Assembly (NCBI GenBank): GCA_965240325.2
Contig: OZ251222.1
Span: 2,232,001 to 2,296,000, forward strand
Reading direction: 5' to 3'
DNA length: 64,000 bases
DNA from: Rebecca billardiae RCC1528
Lineage: Eukaryota > Protista > Haptophyta
Positions 45,571-55,851 of the stretch are shown here, one piece after another. Under the pieces are notes generated by a model. The model had not been told where the DNA came from. It did no database searches and saw nothing but the letters and a program-made list of their open reading frames with translations. The position numbers were made by a program, and so were the translations under genes. Positions within the stretch are counted from its first letter, which is position 1. Each line of letters starts with the position of its first letter.

Positions 45571-46986
45571 ATAACTCACTCGGTAGACCCACATGAGAGT
45601 AGATTGAGGTGGGGGCCGCGTTGATAAACGCGTGAGGTGACTAGGTCACACCCCCGAAGCCGTCCAGGATGCGACGCCGACCAGAAAGGACTCGCCGATG
45701 CATTCGAGCAACTACGCCGACAGAAGCCGACCGCCTAGACGCCGAAGAGGAAGTACTCGATGGAGCACGTAGATAGACCGCAGGCGCTGGCAGCCGACGC
45801 CCTCCCCCAACGCAAGTTTGGGCCGAGCGCGGCGCCGCAGGGGGCAGAGGCCTCGAGGGCCTCCACCCAGAAGGAGGTGTGGAATGCCACACCCCGTAGG
45901 GGTGGTGGCCGGGGGCCCGAAGAGGCCGAGGCCGCCGGGGGTAGCGCGAGGACCGAAGGCGGCCGAGGCCCAGAGGGGCTCCCCGCAGGATTGTGTGAGG
46001 ACGAACCCGACGGTAAGTGCGACGAGTAGGCACAAAGACATGCGCGGCGGCGGCGGCGCAGGCGGGAAGCAGGCGCGAGACACGCACGCGCACGCGTAGC
46101 GTCAGATAAGGTAGCAGGTCGCATCCCCACACACAGCAGTGCACTGCAGACTGCAGAGGAGGCGGCAGAGAAGGAGAGAGCAGCACCCACCCGCCAGGCG
46201 ATGAAGGCAAGCGAGACTGCGAAGCGTGAGAAGATTGCAGACGGGGACGCCTGGGAGCGGTTCCGAGGCGCCCCCATCGAAAGCAGAGCATGCGGAGATT
46301 GCAGACGGGGACGCCTCGAAGCGGTTCCGAGGCGCCCCCATCGAAAGCAGAGCATGAGAAGATTGCAGACGGGGACGCCCCGAAGCGGTTCCGAGGCGCC
46401 CCCATCGAAAGCAGAGCATGAGAAGATTGCAGACGGGGACGCCCCGAAGCGGTTCCGAGGCGCCCCCATCGAAAGCAGAGCATGGGACGATTGCAGACGG
46501 GGACGCCTCGAAGCGGTTCCGAGGCGCCCCCATCGAAAGCAGAGAGCACCCGGAGGGGTCCGAGGTGCCCTCGCAGAGAGCAGAAGCGACAGACAGCCCG
46601 ATCGCGCGTTGGCAGCAAGCAGGGCAGGTGCACGAGTGGAGAGAGCGAGGGCTGAGGGCGGCCTACCGCCGACGCACACGCACCTGGAAGAAACAACTCC
46701 CAGAGGAGGGGCAGCGGGAGAAACAACTCCCAGAGGAGGGGCAGCCACCAGCGCCGCGGTGACCCAGCAGCCACGCCGGCCGCCGAGCCGCGGATGCAGC
46801 CAGCGAGCGCGCGCAGAGAGGCGCATCGCTTGCCAAGCTACTGCGCGGATCCGCGCCCACCCCCTGTCCGGGCCTGGCTCGGCTTGACGACCGGAAAACC
46901 TTCGGGCAGCCGGACCCGGGCTGCCAGCCCGCCCTCATGAGGGCTACCGGTGAGTTATACCCGCATAACCGAGCGGTTATACAACC
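45571..46986 (+). mobile_element. Family-A element copy 2 (1416 bp)
   Basis: Matches copy 3 except for a 30-bp internal duplication near 46690-46745. Confidence 0.8.
46227..46544. repeat. 5 x 64-bp hairpin-containing tandem repeat
   Basis: GATTGCAGAC recurs at 46233, 46297, 46361, 46425 and 46489. Each unit has GGGGACGCCTCGAAGCGGTTCCGAGGCGCCCC or a close variant. Confidence 0.95.
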
Positions 46987-48372
46987 ATAACTCACTCGGT
47001 AGACCCACATGAGAGTAGATTGAGGTGGGGGCCGCGTTGATAAACGCGTGAGGTGACTAGGTCACACCCCCGAAGCCGTCCAGGATGCGACGCCGACCAG
47101 AAAGGACTCGCCGATGCATTCGAGCAACTACGCCGACAGAAGCCGACCGCCTAGACGCCGAAGAGGAAGTACTCGATGGAGCACGTAGATAGACCGCAGG
47201 CGCTGGCAGCCGACGCCCTCCCCCAACGCAAGTTTGGGCCGAGCGCGGCGCCGCAGGGGGCAGAGGCCTCGAGGGCCTCCACCCAGAAGGAGGTGTGGAA
47301 TGCCACACCCCGTAGGGGTGGTGGCCGGGGGCCCGAAGAGGCCGAGGCCGCCGGGGGTAGCGCGAGGACCGAAGGCGGCCGAGGCCCAGAGGGGCTCCCC
47401 GCAGGATTGTGTGAGGACGAACCCGACGGTAAGTGCGACGAGTAGGCACAAAGACATGCGCGGCGGCGGCGGCGCAGGCGGGAAGCAGGCGCGAGACACG
47501 CACGCGCACGCGTAGCGTCAGATAAGGTAGCAGGTCGCATCCCCACACACAGCAGTGCACTGCAGACTGCAGAGGAGGCGGCAGAGAAGGAGAGAGCAGC
47601 ACCCACCCGCCAGGCGATGAAGGCAAGCGAGACTGCGAAGCGTGAGAAGATTGCAGACGGGGACGCCTGGGAGCGGTTCCGAGGCGCCCCCATCGAAAGC
47701 AGAGCATGCGGAGATTGCAGACGGGGACGCCTCGAAGCGGTTCCGAGGCGCCCCCATCGAAAGCAGAGCATGAGAAGATTGCAGACGGGGACGCCCCGAA
47801 GCGGTTCCGAGGCGCCCCCATCGAAAGCAGAGCATGAGAAGATTGCAGACGGGGACGCCCCGAAGCGGTTCCGAGGCGCCCCCATCGAAAGCAGAGCATG
47901 GGACGATTGCAGACGGGGACGCCTCGAAGCGGTTCCGAGGCGCCCCCATCGAAAGCAGAGAGCACCCGGAGGGGTCCGAGGTGCCCTCGCAGAGAGCAGA
48001 AGCGACAGACAGCCCGATCGCGCGTTGGCAGCAAGCAGGGCAGGTGCACGAGTGGAGAGAGCGAGGGCTGAGGGCGGCCTACCGCCGACGCACACGCACC
48101 TGGAAGAAACAACTCCCAGAGGAGGGGCAGCCACCAGCGCCGCGGTGACCCAGCAGCCACGCCGGCCGCCGAGCCGCGGATGCAGCCAGCGAGCGCGCGC
48201 AGAGAGGCGCATCGCTTGCCAAGCTACTGCGCGGATCCGCGCCCACCCCCTGTCCGGGCCTGGCTCGGCTTGACGACCGGAAAACCTTCGGGCAGCCGGA
48301 CCCGGGCTGCCAGCCCGCCCTCATGAGGGCTACCGGTGAGTTATACCCGCATAACCGAGCGGTTATACAACC
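46987..48372 (+). mobile_element. Family-A element copy 3 (1386 bp)
   Basis: Same termini. Sub-terminal inverted repeat at 48330-48344 and hairpin at 48351-48366. Confidence 0.8.
47643..47960. repeat. 5 x 64-bp hairpin-containing tandem repeat (second array)
   Basis: Copy of 46227-46544. Confidence 0.95.
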
Positions 48373-48430
48373 ATATTTTATTGCCGCGAAGATTTTCGCC
48401 TTACTTATTCCTCTCTGCTTTATTGCACGG

Positions 48431-48493
48431 GATTTCGCCTAACTAAGCTAAGCTAGCTGCTGTGTGCGTCTCTCTTCTTCTTAGTAAACTGTA
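48431..48493. repeat. Dispersed ~50-bp motif, copy 3 (interrupted)
   Basis: GATTTCGCCT...GCTGTGTGCGTCTCT...TTCTTAGTAAACTGTA. Confidence 0.7.
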
Positions 48494-48856
48494 CCCCCAT
48501 ACTCCCCGGCAGCCCACGATCGCTGCATCGCATGCACAGCGCCACCGGCAGAGTGACAGAGTCAGACCAGCCGGAGCAGGGCGAGGAGCTTTCGACTTCG
48601 AGTGAGTTTCGTTGATACATATTCGGCCCTTCCCGCTTCCGCCTTCGCTTCGACGGCGCAGGCGGCAGGGCGACGCGCGCGCTAAATGATGCTCTACCCT
48701 GTCTACCCGCTCGAAAGCTGGCCGGCATTTTCGAGCCGAAGCGTCACCACAAGTGTGCTCACACGCCTGACTCTCACGCGGTCCGGGCCGAGCAGTAGTT
48801 ATAGTAGCCCTACGCCGCCAGGCGGCAACATACCAGCCTGACGGCCGCGAGGCGGC

Positions 48857-49595
48857 CCGTCGGACACTTCCAGATCATCAGCAAAACTGTGCAGTGTCTA
48901 CACTGTGCGGTGCTGCTGTAACTATGCCTGTACGTATGACTCCATGAGCTACAGTAGATCAGCGCGCGCCACAAAAATCTGATCATGATGCCAGCAGGCC
49001 TACCCGCTTACCGCGGGCGTCGGACGATCGAATATAAACGCGAAAGAAATCGGAAAGAAATCGGACGATGAATCCTGTCGTATCATCATCAGCACTGACA
49101 CGTATAATAGTGTAATCGCCGAATCGTCACGTGCCGGTGTGACATGCACGACAGCAGCTCAAATGCGCTCATGCAGCCGACGACATCAAGAATAAATAAA
49201 TCTGAATATTCAGCGCAGTACGTGCCGTCGGACACTTCCAGATCATCAGCAAAACTGTGCAGTGTCTACACTGTGCGGTGCTGCTGTAACTATGCCTGTA
49301 CGTATGACTCCATGAGCTACAGTAGATCAGCGCGCGCCACAAAAATCTGATCATGATGCCAGCAGGCCTACCCGCTTACCGCGGGCGTCGGACGATCGAA
49401 TATAAACGCGAAAGAAATCGGAAAGAAATCGGACGATGAATCCTGTCGTATCATCATCAGCACTGACACGTATAATAATAGTGTAATCGCCGAATCGTCA
49501 CGTGCCGGTGTGACATGCACGACAGCAGCTCAAATGCGCTCATGCAGCCGACGACATCAAGAATAAATAAATCTGAATATTCAGCGCAGTACGTG
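48857..49595. repeat. Tandem duplication, 2 x ~368 bp, AT-rich and non-coding
   Basis: Copies at 48857-49224 and 49225-49595; the second has an extra 3 nt. Confidence 0.95.
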
Positions 49596-49941
49596 TCCAA
49601 AGACCATCAATAATTATCAAAGACCCGGAAGGCAAAGGCAAAGTGGTAGTTAAGTGCGGCAGAGTAGAGTACTATACGTGAGAACTACTAGTGATGATAT
49701 GATTGCCCAAGCAGGCGGTCCAACGGATCGTCAATAACGACGATGACTGGATTGACTGCTTGGCACCACTCAGGAGGCATTGTTACGCGTGCCGCGACGG
49801 TCGCAGTCGTCGGAGTTGCCATCACCGATCACGTGATGCCCCGATTGCCCGCGTCTGATCATGGCCACCGTCAACGATATGTCATCATAAGTTGACGAAG
49901 TTACAGATGTCGCAGACCGACGCGCCCAGCGAGGTAAAGGC

Positions 49942-50571
49942 TTACGTGCAACATCCTGTCGTAGGCGTCGGTGTTCGTTGTGGCATCTTGTGCGGCGTGA
50001 TGAACGTGGATGGCGAGCCATGCTGTTGCTGCTTTGGGAGGTTTGTGCACAGCTCGGCGAACAACCTTTCGATGCCATCGCCCGCACGTGCGCTCACCTC
50101 CGCGTACGTCGCGCCGATCGAGCGGGCAAACTCTCGAGCATCTGTCTCCACCACCTCGCGAGCAGCCACCCCGCTCTCCACCAGGTCACTCTTGTTACCG
50201 ACGATGGCGAGAGCAATGTCCCGAGGACCGTGCACTGAGAGCTCCGCCACCCAGTGCTTCACTGTCCTGAATGTGTGCGCCCTGGTCAGGTCGAATACGA
50301 TGACGGCAGCCATCGCGCCACGATAGTACATCGGCGCGAGCGAGTGATACTTCTCCTGGCCAGCAGTGTCCCAGAGCCTGAGCGTGTACTCCGCTGCGCC
50401 CGTGGAGAAGTCTGCTGACGCAAACGCTGCGCCAATTGTGGTTTGCACGTCCTCGTGAAAGGTCTTGTGCGCGAGCTGCGACACGATTGAGGTCTTACCC
50501 ACGCCAGATTCTCCCAGGACCACGACCTTCACGTCGGTTGCGCGCCGGGAGCCCGGCGCGCCTTGCTCCAT
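49942..50571 (-). CDS. RAB22: Rab5-group small GTPase (Rab22/31-like)
   Basis: Motifs KVVVLGESGVGKT, TTIGAAF, WDTAGQEKYHSLAPMYYRG, ELSVHGPRDIALAIVGNKSDL and EVSA. C-terminal GCCT prenylation site. Confidence 0.85.
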   Translation of the reverse strand: MEQGAPGSRRATDVKVVVLGESGVGKTSIVSQLAHKTFHEDVQTTIGAAFASADFSTGAAEYTLRLWDTAGQEKYHSLAPMYYRGAMAAVIVFDLTRAHTFRTVKHWVAELSVHGPRDIALAIVGNKSDLVESGVAAREVVETDAREFARSIGATYAEVSARAGDGIERLFAELCTNLPKQQQHGSPSTFITPHKMPQRTPTPTTGCCT

Positions 50572-50697
50572 CCGTTCGCCGCAGCCGCCGTCGACGAGAA
50601 TCTGGGCCCGACGCCCCGACGGGCGACGGCCGAGCGCGGGCGAGCGGCCCGCGTATGTGCACGATGGCGGTCGAGTAGTCCCAACCGCCAAGGGAGC

Positions 50698-53013
50698 ATG
50701 GATGATCAGGGCCAGCACGGCCGAACCAGGGGGCGGCGAGTGGCATGGGCGCTTTACGTGGCCATTGGCTGCGCCCTGGCTCTGCAGAGCTCGTACGTGT
50801 TCCGTTCGGGGCTGATGCGGATGGGAGAGCGCCTCAGCTACAGCGCGGGCGGTGTGCTCCGAGCGGCCCTTGCAGACGTGCAAGGCACGCCGAGCACAAG
50901 TGCGGTGGGCAGCACGTCTGCCGGCGGCGCCACAGCCCCAGCTGACGCAGATGCGACGAGCCCACTCGCCGAGCCGTCCGGCAGTGCCGCTGCCGCCTGC
51001 GGCCGTGCGCTTCGGCTGCTGCACTGGAACACGGGGCAATACGATGGGATGGACACGGCGCGCTTCGAGGGCATGATGCGCTTCGCGAGCGCCGGCGGGT
51101 ACGACGTGGTCACGTTCAATGAGCTACGCCAAGATGAGGCAACGTTCGCGCTCGCGGCGCGGCGCTGGGGCTTTGGGGGCATGGGCGGCTCCGCGCTGCT
51201 GCAGAAGCGCGCCAACCCGACCAAGCTCGGCATGATCTCGCGCCACAATCTCACCGTGACGCTGACGCAGACGGAATCGATGCACCACGGCATCCTTTGC
51301 GCGGCAACCGCAGGCGTGAACGTGTGCGTGACACACCTCTCGCCGCGCTCGCACGAGAAGCGCCTGGCCGAAGCCGAGCGCATCAGCGCGCTCCTGCGCG
51401 CCGCCGATGCCCAAGCACCAGTTCTGCTGCTCGGTGATGTGAACTGCCCACCTCGGCCGGCCGGCGGCGTGGCGAGCGCTCACGCGCTGCGAGCCCGGCT
51501 GAAAGGCTCAGCGGTGCACAGGCGCAAGTACCTCACAGCCAGTGGCGCGCTGTCATTTGACGTCGAGGACGCCTTTCAGCGCGCGGGCATGCGCGAGCTC
51601 GGACGTGTCCTCGCGCCGACTGCGCCCGGCGGCGGTGCCGGGGCGGCCAACACCACGGCGGCCACGGAGCGGCCGCGTGGCGACGGCGGTGAGGACTGGG
51701 TGGACACGGAGGGTGTCAAGGACCCGACGGTCCCCACGCGGCTCAGGTTGAATGATGCGCGTGTTCATGACATCCCTCTGCGGCTCGATCGTGCCTTTGC
51801 GAGCTCGGCGCTACGCACGGAGCTGCGCAGGCGCGCGCACCCGTGCAAGCCAGCTGCGGGAACGGCGGGACGCGAGCTCGCCTCTGCGCGCGTGGTGCGC
51901 AGCAAAGCGGCCAGTGTGCTCTCGGACCACTGGCCGGTCGAAGTGCACCTCTCCAACTTTGGCGGCGCGACAGCACCGCGGATTCTGCCGGCGCCGGCCC
52001 CTCCAGATCAGGGGCACGCGCCTGCTGGCACCGTGGCAGCTGACTCGGGCGCAGTTGGATCGAACGGCTCGAGCCCCGAGCAGCCAGGGCAGCAGCGTCC
52101 TGCGGGTCGGCAGTGCGCACCGCTGCGCTCGATCGCGGGGCTCAGCGCGGCGATTTCGCTGCTCGGTTCAGCCGAGGCGGTGGCGAGGTGCCGCAAGCTG
52201 AGCGGGCTGGCGGACGCGCTCCAGCCGTCCAGGCGCAAGCTTGGCTCGTGCGCCGTCGTCGGCGGCTCCGGCGTTCTCTCGGTGTACCCTCACGGCCCGC
52301 TGATCGACGCGCACGACTACGTCTTCCGCGTAAACGCGTGCCCCGTGGCGGGCTTCGAGCCGCGCGTCGGGCGGCGGACGGACGTGCGTTTCGTCAACGC
52401 ACCCCAATCGCGCAAGTGGCTCAAGTATGCAGTGGAGAGCCAGGCGCTGCCACCGCCGCTCACGACCACGCGGCACAGCCTCATGTGGGTCGACTCTGAG
52501 AGCAAGCTCGCCACCTTACGTCGACTCGCTGACGCGAGCGCTCGCACGGCGCCTGTGCGAAACGGCAGCCGGCCGAATGCGCCGGCATTCCAGCGGCTCA
52601 CCTCCGCGTTTCGCACCAAGTGTGTCAACGGCATCTTCACGAGCGAGGACCGCGCCGTGCACTTGCGCACAAACAAGGTGAAGAATTTGGAGATCACCTT
52701 CGGCTTTGAGTCGCTCATGCATGCCCTCTACAGCTGCGAGCGTGTGAGCGTCTTCGGCTTCTTTCTCGACACTGCTGACATGTCGCACCGGACGAACAAT
52801 GCATCCGCGCCGATGCGCTTCCCGTACCACTACTGGGAGAACGTGACGTACGACAAGAGCGCCAAGGATCCGTATCGCCCGTGGACGTATCCGTTCCACA
52901 ACTTTGGCATCGAGGAGCAGAAGCTCCGCGACCTGCAGCGCGCGTGCCTTGTTGAGCGCTATGTGACCGCGCGGCCGGGCGAGCTGCCACCGCAGGCTCA
53001 TCATCGACGGTAG
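50698..53013 (+). CDS. Type II membrane protein: EEP (endonuclease/exonuclease/phosphatase) domain fused to GT29 sialyltransferase-like domain
   Basis: TM segment VAWALYVAIGCALAL. EEP motifs LLHWN, DVVTFNE, VTHL, LLGDVN, RLDRAF and SDHWPV. Sialylmotifs L (CAVVGGSG...IDAHDYVFRVN...VGRRT), S (TFGF...ALYSCERVSVFGF), III (YHYWE) and VS (HNFGIE). Confidence 0.85.
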   Translation: MDDQGQHGRTRGRRVAWALYVAIGCALALQSSYVFRSGLMRMGERLSYSAGGVLRAALADVQGTPSTSAVGSTSAGGATAPADADATSPLAEPSGSAAAACGRALRLLHWNTGQYDGMDTARFEGMMRFASAGGYDVVTFNELRQDEATFALAARRWGFGGMGGSALLQKRANPTKLGMISRHNLTVTLTQTESMHHGILCAATAGVNVCVTHLSPRSHEKRLAEAERISALLRAADAQAPVLLLGDVNCPPRPAGGVASAHALRARLKGSAVHRRKYLTASGALSFDVEDAFQRAGMRELGRVLAPTAPGGGAGAANTTAATERPRGDGGEDWVDTEGVKDPTVPTRLRLNDARVHDIPLRLDRAFASSALRTELRRRAHPCKPAAGTAGRELASARVVRSKAASVLSDHWPVEVHLSNFGGATAPRILPAPAPPDQGHAPAGTVAADSGAVGSNGSSPEQPGQQRPAGRQCAPLRSIAGLSAAISLLGSAEAVARCRKLSGLADALQPSRRKLGSCAVVGGSGVLSVYPHGPLIDAHDYVFRVNACPVAGFEPRVGRRTDVRFVNAPQSRKWLKYAVESQALPPPLTTTRHSLMWVDSESKLATLRRLADASARTAPVRNGSRPNAPAFQRLTSAFRTKCVNGIFTSEDRAVHLRTNKVKNLEITFGFESLMHALYSCERVSVFGFFLDTADMSHRTNNASAPMRFPYHYWENVTYDKSAKDPYRPWTYPFHNFGIEEQKLRDLQRACLVERYVTARPGELPPQAHHRR

Positions 53014-53416
53014 CCGCTGGCAACACGTGGTTCCGAACACGCCTGCTCGTAGCACTGTGACGACAGCGCAGTTGATGTAGTCAGCATGAGTGGCAAATAT
53101 AGTGCGCATGCTGTGCTGATGCGCTGTCTCAGACGTCAGCAGTGCATGCATCATGCATCATGTCGTACTCGTTATACATGCATAGCAGTCTGATATACGG
53201 ATTACGGTTAGACGCTCGCCGTCATTCTGCATTCAATCGCGGCGTACGTATTTACAGAGCCCGTATCCGGGCGTATCTGAGGTGAGCCCGTATCATCACA
53301 TCATTACCGTGAGCACTATGACTATAGGACGCACTAGCTACCCGAACAATCCAAGTGTGACGTGACCTGAAACGTTGAAACGTGTAACGATGTCGATCGG
53401 TCAGGACCGTCACTCG

Positions 53417-54166
53417 TCAGGACCACGCCTGCTCCTCAAGTTGAGCAGCTGACGTTGCCTTGAGATCTGGTAGACCGGCGATCCACTTCGTGGCTCGTCT
53501 CAGCCCCACTCGAGCAACGAGTGATTCGATGATGCGAGGCACAAATGACGCCAAACGAACGCGCACGATGAACCAGACCCTCGACCGCCCCGGCTCGAGC
53601 GGCTGGACGTACCAGCACCCCACGCATTCCCTGATGAAACGGGTCGTGCGGCTGCTGTCGAGCGTCCATGCGACTGTGCGCGTGTCGTCGTAAACGGTGA
53701 AGTTGACGTAGAGCTGCAGCTTGAATCGGCTGACTTCGATCAGCGCCTTGATGTTCGAGCCATCCTCGTGGTAAATGTCCACATTGCGCACGGTCTTGAT
53801 GAGCGACTCATAGTCGCGAAACGCCGACACCCTCTCCCACACAGCATCGGGCTCCAGCGCAACGTCCTGCACAGATATGCCCGAGCCAGTCACCCCTCGT
53901 GGCATTGTCACCTTTTCGACACGCTCGCCGTCTGCGATCGCCTCCTCATCCTCCTCTGTCAGCTCGGGGAGCTCCGGCAACGGGCCATACGGCTCCAGTG
54001 GCGGCATGTGACCTGCATCGTCCATTGACAGCGCAGGGGATGCAGACCGGCGCGACGCGCATGCGCTGCGAGACCAAAAGGCGCTCCAGCCAGCAGCTTG
54101 CGTCGCGAGCCCAAAGCAGAACAGTGCACACGCTGCCGTGCGCAGCGATAGCGCAGATGACACCAT
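53417..54166 (-). CDS. SRPBCC/START-fold (polyketide cyclase/COQ10-like) protein with N-terminal targeting peptide
   Basis: Motifs VALEPDAVWERVSAFRDYESLI, VAWTLDSSR and CVGCWYVQPLEPGRSRVWF. The hydrophobic then Ser/Arg-rich N-terminus resembles a bipartite plastid signal. Confidence 0.75.
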   Translation of the reverse strand: MVSSALSLRTAACALFCFGLATQAAGWSAFWSRSACASRRSASPALSMDDAGHMPPLEPYGPLPELPELTEEDEEAIADGERVEKVTMPRGVTGSGISVQDVALEPDAVWERVSAFRDYESLIKTVRNVDIYHEDGSNIKALIEVSRFKLQLYVNFTVYDDTRTVAWTLDSSRTTRFIRECVGCWYVQPLEPGRSRVWFIVRVRLASFVPRIIESLVARVGLRRATKWIAGLPDLKATSAAQLEEQAWS

Positions 54167-54629
54167 GCCGATGAAGAACGCGTGCGCGCGCCGTCAGTCC
54201 TCGAAGGATCGCGTTTGCTGATGACGATGAGGCCGGACCGCTTTTGATCAGCCTGTTCACGATTTCTCCCTCGGTCGCTCGGTCCTGGAGAAAGCACTGA
54301 GGCTGGAGGTTCTTGGTCCGCCCCGGAATTTCATGTCATTGTCATCACTCTGACTACTCGGGCCCCCGGGCGTCAGTCAGTCTATTTCCGATCAGATTCA
54401 GAGCCAATTGAAAGCAGTCTTCGGCTGCGGAGTGCCGCGCTGCGGATGTTACTGCACAAGCACGATGTCACTGGTACAGCGTGAGCAGCACTCCTATGGT
54501 CCGTCCTGCCAAGTGCCAGCCGGGTTGGCGTGCGCTGTTGAACAGGCTGTTGGCGGCTTCGGGCTTGGCGCCTCTTCGCCCTTGGACCGACTAGTGCCCG
54601 CGGCTCTGCGGCAGCATGCCGTCTTGCAC

Positions 54630-55721
54630 TCACAGATGACTGTCGTCCAGATCGTCAGCTTCCGCCTGCGCGCGGAGCGCCACGTGTGCTGGCGCCGACG
54701 GAGCGGTGGTGGGCGCATGTGTGCTGGGCGCATCGCCTGCCGCATCCTGCACAGCGCCACGCGTCGTGTCAATGGCAGCCGAGGTCACCGAAGGAGTGCG
54801 TGTGCTCGACGGCACGTTGACCCCGCATGCGTCTGCGCGCCCAGCCTGGCCCGTGGCCAGCGGCTCGCGCTCGGGGCGCAGGACGAGTGGCGTGCGCAGT
54901 GCCGGACGCCAGCTGGGCAGCGGAATGTCGAGCGTGCGGCACGTGTGCAGCCCGCTCGCGACGAGCGCTCCCCAGGTCGCAATCCAGCCGTTGCCCGCCT
55001 CCATGAAAGGGCCGCTCACAGTGAGCACGCACACGCTCAGGCTCCACCACACCAGCTGTCCGACGGCGAACGTGGGTGTGTTCGGCTGCGTGACGAATAG
55101 GCACGCTCCGAGCGAGCAGCTGCCGATGACGATGGCACGACTGGAGCCATCCGCACACAGCGTCCGAGCACAGCTCGCAGCGGCGGCGGCGAGCTCCACC
55201 GTCGACGCCAGTGTGAGCGCCTTGACATAGGGGCCGGGTGGCGCGGACATGTCCACGGCCTCGTCGACGATGGCGCGGAACGCAGACGAGACCCCGTAGA
55301 GTATCAGCCCCGACAGCGCGGCACAGAGCCACGTAGCTGCCCAGCCGTTGCCGACGACTATGAACGGCCCAAAAAACGTGAGTGTGCATGCGCCAGCACA
55401 CCACCACCAGAAGAGGAACAGCGCACCCGGCTCGAGAGGGCCCCGGGCCAGGTCCGCGTATGAGGTGAGCGCCGCGACGGCAGCAGCGCACGCCGTGCAG
55501 CTGATGGTCCCCACGGCGACAGCCCACGCCGGAGCGCCATGGCACGAATCAGCGTGCACGCATGTGTGGAGGCCCGCGGCCAGCTCGACCACCGAGGCGA
55601 CGAGCGCTATGCACGCCATCCAGCGCTGGCGCCCTGGATCGCTGAGCCCCCCCACGCCGCCCGCCTCGTCGAGCGCGTCGATCGACACGTAGTGCGAGCT
55701 GCCCACGTCGTGTTCGGCCAT
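54630..55721 (-). CDS. Uncharacterised multi-pass membrane protein with internal duplication
   Basis: About 8 hydrophobic segments. The motif WW......LT..GPF...GNGW.ATW occurs twice. Start chosen at MAEHDVG. Confidence 0.7.
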   Translation of the reverse strand: MAEHDVGSSHYVSIDALDEAGGVGGLSDPGRQRWMACIALVASVVELAAGLHTCVHADSCHGAPAWAVAVGTISCTACAAAVAALTSYADLARGPLEPGALFLFWWWCAGACTLTFFGPFIVVGNGWAATWLCAALSGLILYGVSSAFRAIVDEAVDMSAPPGPYVKALTLASTVELAAAAASCARTLCADGSSRAIVIGSCSLGACLFVTQPNTPTFAVGQLVWWSLSVCVLTVSGPFMEAGNGWIATWGALVASGLHTCRTLDIPLPSWRPALRTPLVLRPEREPLATGQAGRADACGVNVPSSTRTPSVTSAAIDTTRGAVQDAAGDAPSTHAPTTAPSAPAHVALRAQAEADDLDDSHL

Positions 55722-55851
55722 GACGATCGGCGCCGCTGCTTGGGGGAGGGCCAGACAGGAGTCCTGGGAGCTGGCCCCCGCTGCAGACCTACCGGCAGAT
55801 GTACTGTACAGGCGGTGACGACCGCTGATTCCTGAAGAACTCCGCCCTACA

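Larger units (their letters stand above)
40325..48372 (+). mobile_element. Composite array: three head-to-tail family-A elements, with two head-to-tail family-B elements nested in the first
   Basis: Family A units are 40325-40348 + 44966-45570, 45571-46986 and 46987-48372; they start ATAACTCACTCGGTAG and end GGTTATACAACC. Family B units are 40349-41014 and 41015-44965; they start ATAACCGCGCGC and end GGCCATCGCCCC. No transposase ORF. Confidence 0.8.

Noticed and set aside
45641-48212. 350-380-aa ORFs within family-A units as a transposase
   Set aside because: No HUH, DDE, tyrosine recombinase or RT motifs; the ORFs run through the 64-bp repeats.
40325-48372. LTR or DIRS/Ngaro retrotransposon
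   Set aside because: No TG...CA ends, PBS, PPT, TSD or gag/pol/YR. The repeats resolve cleanly into head-to-tail units with one nested insertion.
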